From positions 64,357-128,356 of the forward strand of contig CAJODZ010000001.1 in the NCBI GenBank assembly GCA_905233645.1: a stretch of DNA of 64,000 bases. Reading direction: 5' to 3'. A model generated the notes under the pieces. It was not told the origin of the DNA. It saw only the letters and a program-made list of their open reading frames with translations, and ran no database searches. Shown one piece after another: positions 28,255 to 37,267 of the stretch. Every line of letters starts with the position of its first letter. The stretch's first letter is position 1. A program made the position numbers and the translations under genes. This DNA comes from an uncultured Synergistales bacterium. Lineage in GTDB: Bacteria; Synergistota; Synergistia; Synergistales; Aminobacteriaceae.

Positions 28255-31200
28255 TTATTTAATCAAACTGTGCCATTCCTTTAATGACTTTAAAGAATTT
28301 GACGCTCTTGTATTCTTCATCGTGATAATTCCTTCGATAGCCGCATTTGCTGCCGCTAAAGTCGTAATATACGGAATACGCGCACGAACAGCACCACGGC
28401 GTAAAATCGTTCCGTTCTTAGTAAAGGCTTTTTCGCGCGGAGTGTTAATGATTAACTGAACTTGACCGTTGATAATTAAATCGTTTATATTCGGACGGCC
28501 TGAGCCAATATTCTCGCAAGGGATATTAAATTTTGTTAATACCTCATACGTTCCTGGAGTGGCAAAAATTTTAAAGCCTGCGTCTAAATATTTTTTAGCA
28601 ATTCCTACGGCTTCGGGTTTATCTCTATCACTTACCGCTATTAAAACTGTTCCAGACAACGGCAATTTTGAATTTGCGGCCTCTTGTGCTTTGAAAAATG
28701 CTTCGCCGGCTTCATCGGATAAACCTAAAACTTCACCAGTTGAACGCATTTCAGGCCCTAAGACCGGATCAACTTCAGGGAACATGTTAAACGGGAATAC
28801 TGCCTCTTTAACTCCATGATACGGAATAAAACGTTCCGGTAAATTTTCTAACGGTGAGGGTTTGCCTGTTAATTCACGAGTAATCGCTTCGACAGCTAAC
28901 GGCACCATTTTTATCCCGCAGACTTTTGAAACTAACGGAACTGTACGCGACGCACGGGGGTTAGCTTCGAGGACAAATATCTTGTCGTTCTCAATCGCGT
29001 ACTGCATATTCATTAAGCCGACAACATGCATAGCTTCAGCAATTAAGCGCGTGTAATTTTTAATCGTCTTTAAATGCTCATCGCTTATATGTCTTGACGG
29101 AATAATGCACGCAGAATCCCCCGAATGAATGCCTGCCAACTCGATATGTTCCATGACAGCCGGTACGTAAGCATGAACGCCGTCGCAAATAGCATCAGCT
29201 TCACATTCAAGAGCGTGATTTAAAAATCTGTCTATCAAAATCGGCCTGTCCGGTGTAACTCCAACAGCAGCGGCTACATAATTTCTTAAGCTCTCTTCGT
29301 CGTAAACAATCTCCATTCCGCGACCGCCTAAAACATAAGAAGGTCTAACCATTACAGGATAACCGATACGGTTTGCAATTTCAGACGCTTGCTCAAAATT
29401 TACGGCCATCCCTGATTCGGGCATAGGGATATTTAATTTGTCCATGACTTCTTTAAAACGGCCTCTGTCTTCAGCTAAGTCTATTATTTCGGGCGAAGTA
29501 CCTAAAATCTTTACACCGTTACGCTCTAATTCAGACGCGATATTTAAAGGTGTCTGGCCTCCAAACTGCGCGATTACTCCTAACGGCTTCTCGGCTTTAT
29601 AAATGCTCAAAACATCTTCAACCGTTAAAGGCTCAAAATATAATTTGTCGGAAGTGTCATAATCAGTTGAGACGGTTTCGGGGTTGCAGTTAATAATAAT
29701 TGTTTCAAAGCCTAACTTTTTCAAACTTTGAGCCGCGTGAACACAACAGTAATCAAATTCAATTCCCTGTCCAATTCTGTTCGGGCCGCCGCCTAAAATT
29801 AAAATTTTGCGATTGCTCGAAATATTATTAACTTGGCCGGGTTTGGTGTTATACGTTGAATAATAATAGCCGCCGTTCTCTGTTCCACTTACATGAATTT
29901 TGTCCCATGTTTCGACAATGCCTAACGCTTCGCGTTTTTGACGAATATCGCTTTCGGGAATGTCTAAGAGAATGCCTAAATATTTATCAGAAAATCCGTC
30001 AAGCTTCGCGCGTTTTAACATGTCATCAGGAATTAAAGAGCCTTTGTGCTTTAAGATCTCTTCTTCCTCAATAACAAGCTCGTTGATTTGCTCAATAAAA
30101 TATTTTTTGACGTGCGTTATGTTGTAAATCTCATCAACCGCCGCGCCTTTTCTAAGTGCCTCGTAAATCATGAAATATCTTTCGCTGGACGGTGTCTTTA
30201 AATTTTCTAACAGCTCATCTTTTGAAAGCTCGTTAAAATTCTTCACAAAGCCTAAACCGTAACGGTCTTTTTCAAGCGAACGGATTGCCTTTTGCAACGC
30301 CTCTTTAAAATTACGGCCAATGCTCATAACTTCACCGACCGCGCGCATTTGAGTTCCTAATTTGTCCTCAACGCCGTGAAATTTTTCAAAAGCCCAACGC
30401 GCAAATTTAACAACAACGTAATCTCCGCCTGGTTTATATTTTTCAAGTGAGCCGTATTTGCCGCACTTAATATCACTCAACGATAAACCGGCTGCTAATT
30501 TCGCTGATACTAACGCAATCGGGAAACCTGTAGCTTTTGACGCAAGAGCCGATGAACGCGAAGTACGGGGGTTAATTTCGATAACGATTACTCTATCCGT
30601 TTTAGGGTCATGCGCAAACTGAACGTTAGTCCCTCCGATAACACCGATATGTTCAACGATTTTATATGCGTAATCCTGTAACTTAGCTTGTAATTCTTCG
30701 CTTATCGTCAACATAGGAGCTACGCAAAACGAATCCCCTGTATGTACGCCCATTGGGTCAACGTTTTCGATAAAGCAGACCGTAATCATCTTGTTATCTT
30801 TATCGCGGACGACTTCAAGTTCTAATTCTTCCCAGCCTAAAACGCTCTCTTCAACTAAAACTTGATGAACTATGCTTGCCTGCAAACCGCGAGCGCAAAC
30901 TGTTTTTAATTCTTCGCGATTATAGACAAGCCCTCCGCCTGCTCCGCCCATTGTATAAGCCGGTCTCAAAACGACGGGATAACCTAATTTTTCAGCAATG
31001 TTTAACGCTTCGTCAACACTGTACGCAACTTCTGAACGCGCCATATCGATATTTAAAAGCTCCATCGTCTTTTTAAATTCAATTCTGTCTTCGCCGCGTT
31101 CGATTGCATCAGCCTGAACTCCTATTACTTGAACGTTATATTTTTCTAAGACACCTAATTTATTTAATTCAGCGCACAAATTTAACCCCGATTGACCGCC

Positions 31201-31482
31201 TAAATTTGGTAATAACGCGTCGGGGCGTTCTTTAGCGATAATCTCTTCAAGACGTGTAGCGTTCAACGGCTCAATATAAGTTATGTCCGCCATTTCGGGG
31301 TCTGTCATGATTGTCGCGGGGTTTGAATTTACTAGAACAATCTCATAACCTAACGAACGTAAAGCCTTGCAAGCCTGCGTACCTGAGTAATCAAATTCGC
31401 AAGCTTGACCGATTACGATTGGCCCTGAACCGATGATTAAAATTTTATGAATGTCTGTGCGCTGTGGTGATGTTACTGCCAT
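28255..31482 (-). CDS. carB: Carbamoyl-phosphate synthase large subunit paralog (copy 2, no adjacent carA)
   Basis: The 1075-aa product has the same two ATP-grasp halves and C-terminal MGS-like domain as copy 1. It is clearly diverged from copy 1, for example IIGSGPIVIGQACEFDYSGTQACKALRSLGYEIVLVNSNPATIMTD. Confidence 0.9.
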   Translation of the reverse strand: MAVTSPQRTDIHKILIIGSGPIVIGQACEFDYSGTQACKALRSLGYEIVLVNSNPATIMTDPEMADITYIEPLNATRLEEIIAKERPDALLPNLGGQSGLNLCAELNKLGVLEKYNVQVIGVQADAIERGEDRIEFKKTMELLNIDMARSEVAYSVDEALNIAEKLGYPVVLRPAYTMGGAGGGLVYNREELKTVCARGLQASIVHQVLVEESVLGWEELELEVVRDKDNKMITVCFIENVDPMGVHTGDSFCVAPMLTISEELQAKLQDYAYKIVEHIGVIGGTNVQFAHDPKTDRVIVIEINPRTSRSSALASKATGFPIALVSAKLAAGLSLSDIKCGKYGSLEKYKPGGDYVVVKFARWAFEKFHGVEDKLGTQMRAVGEVMSIGRNFKEALQKAIRSLEKDRYGLGFVKNFNELSKDELLENLKTPSSERYFMIYEALRKGAAVDEIYNITHVKKYFIEQINELVIEEEEILKHKGSLIPDDMLKRAKLDGFSDKYLGILLDIPESDIRQKREALGIVETWDKIHVSGTENGGYYYSTYNTKPGQVNNISSNRKILILGGGPNRIGQGIEFDYCCVHAAQSLKKLGFETIIINCNPETVSTDYDTSDKLYFEPLTVEDVLSIYKAEKPLGVIAQFGGQTPLNIASELERNGVKILGTSPEIIDLAEDRGRFKEVMDKLNIPMPESGMAVNFEQASEIANRIGYPVMVRPSYVLGGRGMEIVYDEESLRNYVAAAVGVTPDRPILIDRFLNHALECEADAICDGVHAYVPAVMEHIELAGIHSGDSACIIPSRHISDEHLKTIKNYTRLIAEAMHVVGLMNMQYAIENDKIFVLEANPRASRTVPLVSKVCGIKMVPLAVEAITRELTGKPSPLENLPERFIPYHGVKEAVFPFNMFPEVDPVLGPEMRSTGEVLGLSDEAGEAFFKAQEAANSKLPLSGTVLIAVSDRDKPEAVGIAKKYLDAGFKIFATPGTYEVLTKFNIPCENIGSGRPNINDLIINGQVQLIINTPREKAFTKNGTILRRGAVRARIPYITTLAAANAAIEGIITMKNTRASNSLKSLKEWHSLIK

Positions 31483-31524
31483 AAAAAAATTCCTTCTTTA
31501 AAAATTTATTACTCGAAAATTTAA

Positions 31525-33030
31525 TTACTCTGTCTTATTTTCAACAGGGGTTTCGATTTTTTCAGCTTCTTCAACGACTTCAGCCGCTTTGCTCTCGACT
31601 TCGTTAACAGCATTTTCGACGGGCTTTGTTAATTCTTCAGCCTCTTCAACAACTTCAGCCGCTTTGCTCTCGACTTCGTTAACAGCATTTTCGACAGGCT
31701 TTGTTAATTCTTCGCCCTGCTCAACAACTTCAGCCGCCTTGTTCTCGACTTCGCTTACAGCATTTTCGACGGGTTTTGCTAATTCTTCAGCCTGCTCAAC
31801 GACTTCAGCTGCTTTATCTTCGACTTCTTCAGTTACAGCCTCTTCGACTTGTTCAACCGGTTGCGCTAATTTTTCAACAGCCTCATCAACTTTTTCAACG
31901 GCTTCATTTTTAATTTCTGGCTCGTCTTCCGGTTCGTATTCTCCGTCAATTTCAGGCTCGACCTCGTTAATCAGCAAGTCCGAAATATTTTGAGTAACAT
32001 CGTCGCTGGCGTTCTCAACTTTTACGCTCTGGAATAATGCGTTATCGTTAATCACGACTTGCGCTTTTGAAATTAAACCCGTTTGAAAATCTCTCACGCG
32101 CTTCTCTTCTTCCTGGCGTGTCATTAAAGCTCTGATATCCGGACTAACTTCGCTGTACGGCATAACGCTTTCAGCAAGGTGAGCAACTTTAATAGCAGTC
32201 ATGTAATCATCGCTCGTTACTTCAATTACGCGGCTGACTTCACCAACATCGTAAGAGGCCATGAAATTTAATGCACCGTTGTCCAACGCAGCAGCTGATA
32301 AAGTTACAGGCTCGTTCGCAATATTTATAACATCAGCTGAATTTAAATCTTTGGCCGCTAAATCCCATGAACCGGAATTTTGAACAGCATTTCTGAAATT
32401 TTCGGCGGCTTCGGATTTGTAAAAATCAGCAAATTTAATTTCGTAACGGTCTGGCTGTTTTAAAAACGTATCTTTAATCGTGTCATAAAACGCTACCGCC
32501 TGGTCTTCACTAATTTCAATGTTGCCGATAACTTCTCTCATTAAAACTTGTTCGGCTAATTGATGAGCTAAATTTTTTTTATAATCCTCAACCTTCATTC
32601 CGCGTTGCTGTAATGCCTGATAAAAAGCTTCGCGCGTAATGTAATATCTGTCGGCTTGAGCTTTCATGGCGATATCGGCTTCAGCGTCCGAAATATTTAT
32701 TCCGCGTTCGCTAATCTCTTTTGACATTTGAGCCTCAAGAATTACACCGTTCAAAATCTCACGATAGACTGCCGCCATATCCATTGATGCCGTATTACGA
32801 TAACCAGCATTTTCAAGATAATTAACGCGCATTCTTTCAAGAGCTGAACGCATTAAAGGCTGTCCGTTAATTTGAGCGACCTCGTAATCTGCAATAGTAC
32901 CGTCGGGATTTACAGAACCTGGAACTCTTGAAGTGCTGCGGCCACCATACATAAGGAACGTTGATAACAAAAAGGTTACTACAATTATTACCATTATCCA
33001 TTTCATATGAGTTTTTAATAATTTCATCAT
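31525..33030 (-). CDS. Membrane-anchored PpiD/SurA-like periplasmic chaperone with an acidic C-terminal tandem-repeat tail
   Basis: An N-terminal TM anchor is followed by a SurA-N-like region (…QINGQPLMRSALERMRVNYL…) and a degenerate parvulin-like middle. The C-terminus is built of 25-aa repeats, KPVENAVxEVExKAAEVVExxEEL. Confidence 0.6.
   Translation of the reverse strand: MMKLLKTHMKWIMVIIVVTFLLSTFLMYGGRSTSRVPGSVNPDGTIADYEVAQINGQPLMRSALERMRVNYLENAGYRNTASMDMAAVYREILNGVILEAQMSKEISERGINISDAEADIAMKAQADRYYITREAFYQALQQRGMKVEDYKKNLAHQLAEQVLMREVIGNIEISEDQAVAFYDTIKDTFLKQPDRYEIKFADFYKSEAAENFRNAVQNSGSWDLAAKDLNSADVINIANEPVTLSAAALDNGALNFMASYDVGEVSRVIEVTSDDYMTAIKVAHLAESVMPYSEVSPDIRALMTRQEEEKRVRDFQTGLISKAQVVINDNALFQSVKVENASDDVTQNISDLLINEVEPEIDGEYEPEDEPEIKNEAVEKVDEAVEKLAQPVEQVEEAVTEEVEDKAAEVVEQAEELAKPVENAVSEVENKAAEVVEQGEELTKPVENAVNEVESKAAEVVEEAEELTKPVENAVNEVESKAAEVVEEAEKIETPVENKTE
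31577..31876. repeat. Four tandem 75-bp repeat units inside the PpiD-like CDS
   Basis: Units start at 31577, 31652, 31727 and 31802, an exact 75-nt period. The first three are nearly identical and the fourth is degenerating. The repeats are in frame (25 aa). Confidence 0.9.
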
Positions 33031-33133
33031 GTTTGGAAAAATTACACCTTCCCTTAAAAATACAAAATTGTTAGAAAATTCTTAAACCGAAATTTTAGCA
33101 CACGCGCCGAATTTCTAGCTAAATATAATAATT

Positions 33134-35530
33134 TTAAACATACGCTAAAGATTTTCCGGCCTTTAAATTTACTTCGAGCGTTATTTCACCGTTAGTTATA
33201 TTTTTCATGACTTCAGCAAGCAAATTTTTGCATTCATCAGCTTTGCTTTCAGGGCATTCACAAATTAAAGAGTCATGAACTTGCAAAAATAATCCTTCAC
33301 CGACACGAGAATATTCAAGCATTGCTTTACGTGCTATATCTGCGGCTGTGCCTTGAACAGGAGAATTTATTAAAGCACGATTTATAGCCGAACCGGTCGC
33401 AGGGATTTCATCGATTGGCCTGATGCGTCCGTAATAAGTTTGTGTATAGCCGTGTGATTTTGATTTTGCGATTGAATTTTTAGTATAAGCTTCGATTTTC
33501 GGAAACGCGCAAAAATATTTCTGCATTATCTCTTTTGCCTGCTCACGGCTAATATTTAAACGCTCCGCTAAACCAAACTCCTTCATTCCGTAAAGTAATC
33601 CGTAATTTATCATCTTGGCCGTTCGTCTCATATCTTTATCAACAAAATCAGGCGATATATCAAAAACCTGTGCCGCTGTCTCAGTATGAATATCGCGTCC
33701 GCTTTTAAATGCGTCAAGTAATTTTTCCTCACCGCTTAAAAACGCCAAAACCCTTAATTCAATTTGCGAGTAATCAGCCGATATAAAAGTATTGCCTTCA
33801 TTAACAGGAACTAACGCGGCTTTTAAATCATTTGCCCATTTTCCGGACGTTGGGATATTTTGTAAATTCGGGTCGCGCGAACTTAAACGTCCTGTCCCTG
33901 TTTTAGCCGGCTCAAAAACTGTACGCAAAATATTATTTTTATCGGCCAAGTCTTGAAAAGGCATTACAAAATAATTAAGCATTGTCGTTAATTCCCGATG
34001 CTCTAACATTAAATCAGGAATAGCATTCATTTTTAACGATGCTAATCTTTTTAAGACGCTCTCATCAGTTGAATAAAATTTTTTGCTCTTGGTCATCTTG
34101 TCGCCTTTGAAATTTAATTTTTCGAACAAGAGCCACGAAACTTGCTGCGGTGATTGTAAATTTATTCTTTTGCCGGCCTCTTTAGTGATTAAAAATTCTA
34201 TTTCGTCAATACGGGAGGTTAGATTATTTTGAAGTTCCGTAAATTTTTGGCGGTCGATTTTTATTCCGTGATTTTGCATTTCGACTAAGACAGGAATTAA
34301 AGGCACGTCTATTTTTCGCATGACATCAGTTAAGCCCGAATATTTATTTATAACTTCAGTTAGCCATTTCGCCTCGTCAGTAATAGCCTCATCAAAATTT
34401 TCATCGTCCTTTAAATCTTCGATAAAATTATCAAACTCCAAATACGCCGTATCAGGGTGCAATAAATAATACGCCGTGTGTAAATCAAATATTTTCTGGG
34501 GGTCATAATTTTTAACACGTTCGTTATTATTTTCAAGCTCTTTTTTATAATCAACTAAGACAAGCTCAGGCAATACAATTTTTTCATCAGAGCTTTCAAC
34601 TTTATGAACGCGAATATTTTTATCAGCAGACTTATTTTCAATTTCCGGCGTTATCTTATTTTCGGGGTCAATCTGTTTTATTAAAGTGTTCAGCCCAAGT
34701 TTTAACGCCAGCGTTTTCGCTTTGACTAAATCGGCCTTGAACGTTAAACACTCATTGAAAGTTTTGTCATCGATAAAATCATATTTTAATTTAGTTAGTT
34801 CGCGCACCTGTAAAACATCTTCAAGCGTCGTCTTTTCGATTTTACGTTTTACACGTTCAGGGAGTGCGTCAACTTTTTCAAAAGTATTTTCGATTGTGTT
34901 CATTTCCGAAATAATTTGCTGTGCTGTTTTTTCGCCGATACCGTCAACGCCTTTTATATTATCTGAGCTGTCACCGGTTAGAGCTAAATAATCAGCCATA
35001 AACTCAGGTAAAAAATTATATTCGGCTAAAAATTTCTCAGTGTCATAAATTTCAGCTTCGCTCACACCGTGTTTAATTGGCCTCATCATGACAACGCCGC
35101 GCGCCAAAAGTTGGAATAAATCTTTATCAGACGATAATATAAAAACTTCGTGACTATTCTTTTCGGCCTGACTTACTAACGACGCAATTAAATCATCTGC
35201 TTCGACACCTTGAACGCTGATTACAGGATAGCCCAAAAATTTTAATAAGTCCTGCAAAATCGGGAGTTGAATTTTAAAATTATCGTCCAAAGGTTTTCGA
35301 TTAGCTTTATATTCCGGTAATAAAGCATGTCTGAAATTTTTACCGCCGGCATCAAAGACAGCGAATATTTTTTCAGGCATGATTTTATTTTGAACGCTGA
35401 ACAGCATTTTTATAAAACCCGTAATCATAGCTGTAGGAGTTTTTCGGTCTGGTGCTGTGAGGTTGGTTTTAATCAATGCGTGATAAGCTCTGTACGCAAT
35501 GCTATGGCCGTCAACTATTAAAATTTTCAT
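33134..35530 (-). CDS. polA: DNA polymerase I (5'-nuclease plus polymerase domains, short middle domain)
   Basis: The N-terminus is a 5'-3' exonuclease (LIVDGHSIAYRAYHA…). The C-terminal family A polymerase motifs are DYSQIELRVLA, RRTAKMINYGLLYG and QVHDSLI. At 798 aa, the 3'-5' exonuclease region is short. Confidence 0.9.
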   Translation of the reverse strand: MKILIVDGHSIAYRAYHALIKTNLTAPDRKTPTAMITGFIKMLFSVQNKIMPEKIFAVFDAGGKNFRHALLPEYKANRKPLDDNFKIQLPILQDLLKFLGYPVISVQGVEADDLIASLVSQAEKNSHEVFILSSDKDLFQLLARGVVMMRPIKHGVSEAEIYDTEKFLAEYNFLPEFMADYLALTGDSSDNIKGVDGIGEKTAQQIISEMNTIENTFEKVDALPERVKRKIEKTTLEDVLQVRELTKLKYDFIDDKTFNECLTFKADLVKAKTLALKLGLNTLIKQIDPENKITPEIENKSADKNIRVHKVESSDEKIVLPELVLVDYKKELENNNERVKNYDPQKIFDLHTAYYLLHPDTAYLEFDNFIEDLKDDENFDEAITDEAKWLTEVINKYSGLTDVMRKIDVPLIPVLVEMQNHGIKIDRQKFTELQNNLTSRIDEIEFLITKEAGKRINLQSPQQVSWLLFEKLNFKGDKMTKSKKFYSTDESVLKRLASLKMNAIPDLMLEHRELTTMLNYFVMPFQDLADKNNILRTVFEPAKTGTGRLSSRDPNLQNIPTSGKWANDLKAALVPVNEGNTFISADYSQIELRVLAFLSGEEKLLDAFKSGRDIHTETAAQVFDISPDFVDKDMRRTAKMINYGLLYGMKEFGLAERLNISREQAKEIMQKYFCAFPKIEAYTKNSIAKSKSHGYTQTYYGRIRPIDEIPATGSAINRALINSPVQGTAADIARKAMLEYSRVGEGLFLQVHDSLICECPESKADECKNLLAEVMKNITNGEITLEVNLKAGKSLAYV

Positions 35531-35640
35531 GGCTTAATATAATTGTTTTCAGCTCCTTTAAAAATTTTGCTAATTATAATATTGCAAGTTTAATTAAGGA
35601 CTAGGGGAGAAGTTTATGCCGGTGAAAAAAATATAACGCC

Positions 35641-36675
35641 ATGTCATTCACAAATTTTCAGGAATTTTTGAATTATATTGCCATATCAGAAATCGACTGT
35701 GAATTTTTAAAGCAGGACGATGCTGATAATATTTATATTACGATTTATGCAATGTCAAATTCTGGCGGCGGTTATATTGTCATAGGCGCGGACACTGAAG
35801 AGATTACGGGCGTTGATTTTGATTTTAAGCTTGATTTAAAAAAATTGCGCGGCCTGGATAATTTTGAAATACAAGATTTTTCGGGCGAGACGAGAATTAT
35901 TTTAATTAAAATTTCGCCGCTCGATTTTTATTTAAAGCCGGCAGTTTTTAATTCAAGAGTATACAGGCGTGTCGAAGGCATAAATTTAATTTCCGGCATG
36001 AGCGCAGTCCGTTACATGGCTAAAAAATTTGACGACGGCGCAATAAATTTCAAATGCATGTTAAATCAAAACAGCGTCAAAGAATTTCACAAGGCAATAA
36101 TTTCGCGTGATAAATCATTTGAGATTTTTGACAGACAGGAATTTTTAAAACGCTCACTTATTTTTTCAGGCAAATATTTAACACGGGCAGGCTTTTTTAT
36201 TTTGGGCGAAAACAGTGTGAACGTTAATATGACTTTAAAATCCAGCAACGGGAAAATTGTAAATTTATCAGCCCGTAATTTATGGATTGCTTATTCTGAC
36301 ATGCTGCCGCGTTTAATCAGTTGTTTATCGAATGAATGTGCCAGTGCTGTTTTTGAAATATTTATGAATGCTTTTATACATGCTGATTACGAATTGAGCG
36401 ACACGATAGATATTTTAATCACTGATAATCCGCTCGAACTTAAAATAACAAATTCAGGTTTGCCCATGACAATAAATAATTCATACTCACGGAACTTCAG
36501 GCTTATGAAAATTTTTAAATTATTAAAATCTGCTCACGGGAATAATTACGGAAGTTTAATCATTAAAAAATTTTCGCCGGATTTTAAGCTTGAGCAAGAC
36601 ATGTTGAATTTTACAAGCACTGCAAAAATTAAATTGGAAGGTCTGAAAAAATTACCTTCGCCCGTTATTTTATAA
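35641..36675 (+). CDS. AlbA_2 (Schlafen-type DNA-binding) plus HATPase_c_4-like domain protein; putative regulator of unknown role
   Basis: The N-terminal segment …IYAMSNSGGGYIVIGADTEEITGV resembles the AlbA_2 core. The C-terminal segment …NAFIHADYELSDTIDILI…LKITNSG resembles the associated ATPase-like domain. The assignment rests on motif memory only. Confidence 0.5.
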   Translation: MSFTNFQEFLNYIAISEIDCEFLKQDDADNIYITIYAMSNSGGGYIVIGADTEEITGVDFDFKLDLKKLRGLDNFEIQDFSGETRIILIKISPLDFYLKPAVFNSRVYRRVEGINLISGMSAVRYMAKKFDDGAINFKCMLNQNSVKEFHKAIISRDKSFEIFDRQEFLKRSLIFSGKYLTRAGFFILGENSVNVNMTLKSSNGKIVNLSARNLWIAYSDMLPRLISCLSNECASAVFEIFMNAFIHADYELSDTIDILITDNPLELKITNSGLPMTINNSYSRNFRLMKIFKLLKSAHGNNYGSLIIKKFSPDFKLEQDMLNFTSTAKIKLEGLKKLPSPVIL

Positions 36676-36692
36676 AAAATTTTAACGCCCTT

Positions 36693-36792
36693 AAAAAATT
36701 TAACACTTTGTTTCAAAATCGATGTGCTGAAAAATTTTGCGGCTGTTAATTTTCTAAAAGCTTTTTTGTAGTGGTAAACGTAGTTGTAAAAA
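36693..36792 (+). repeat. Intergenic ~100-nt dispersed repeat, copy 4 (forward orientation)
   Basis: AAAAAATTTAACACTTTGTTTCAAAATCGATGTGCTGAAAAATTTTGCGGCTGTTAATTTTCTAAAAGCTTTTTTGTAGTGGTAAACGTAGTTGTAAAAAT. Confidence 0.9.
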
Positions 36793-36825
36793 TAGCAGCC
36801 CTTCTCAATTTTCAAAGGGACTGCT
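36786..36825 (-). terminator. Rho-independent terminator of the ACT-metY-rrf2 operon, fused to repeat copy 4
   Basis: The minus strand reads AGCAGTCCCTT-TGAAAATTGAG-AAGGGCTGCT followed by ATTTTTAC. Confidence 0.55.
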
Positions 36826-36862
36826 TAAAATTTAAATTATTATATCAAAGTGTTTAGCGATT

Positions 36863-37267
36863 TTAATTCTGCGTTAATAAATCTGCCAACGTTATATTTT
36901 CAAAGAAGCCGTAAATTAAATTACCTAACTTCTGCCACATCGGGAGCGTTTTACAAAATCCGGAGCGCGGGCATGAATTAGGCGTATCATTTAAACAAGC
37001 GACAGGGCTTATTTTTTCATTAAGGGCTAAAAGAATTTCGCTGATTTTATAATTTTGGGGTGGTCTGTTTAATTTATAACCGCCGTTCTTCCCGTGTCGG
37101 GTTTCTAATAAATTATTTTCAGACAACGCGACAAAAATTCTTTCAGCATACTTTACCGAAACACCCTGGCGTTCTGCAACTTCCTTCATCGTTATAAAAT
37201 TGTCGGCATTCTCCGCTAAATCTACCAAAAATCTTAGTGCATATCTTCCGCGCGTAGATATCAGCAT
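36863..37267 (-). CDS. Rrf2-family transcriptional regulator with three clustered cysteines
   Basis: MLISTRGRYALRFLVDLA… is the Rrf2 winged-helix N-terminus. The C-terminal C-x7-C-x5-C (ACLNDTPNSCPRSGFC) is compatible with Fe-S ligation. Its start abuts the metY stop. Confidence 0.85.
   Translation of the reverse strand: MLISTRGRYALRFLVDLAENADNFITMKEVAERQGVSVKYAERIFVALSENNLLETRHGKNGGYKLNRPPQNYKISEILLALNEKISPVACLNDTPNSCPRSGFCKTLPMWQKLGNLIYGFFENITLADLLTQN

Noticed and set aside
31577-31876. Possible CRISPR array, because of regularly spaced repeats
   Set aside because: The repeats are contiguous with a 75-bp period and no unique spacers. They are in frame inside a long CDS, and no cas genes are present in the window.
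31589-31993. 134-aa and 70-aa plus-strand ORFs rich in Ser/Thr/Ala, antisense to the PpiD-like gene
   Set aside because: They lie exactly antisense to the 75-bp tandem repeats, which propagate an open frame. They have no RBS, and their low-complexity composition mirrors the sense-strand codons. The sense ORF carries the recognisable domains.
33134-35530. The short PolA (798 aa, no obvious 3'-5' exonuclease DxE motif) as something unusual
   Set aside because: Exonuclease-deficient, Taq/Bst-like PolI enzymes of about this size are common. I cannot verify absence of the exonuclease motifs rigorously without an alignment.
36546-36815. ORFs that run through repeat copies (36546-36815 minus strand, 10519-10710 plus strand), which could suggest the repeat encodes a peptide
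   Set aside because: The seven copies differ by indels that are not multiples of three, and they carry stops in every frame in some copies. No conserved reading frame exists.
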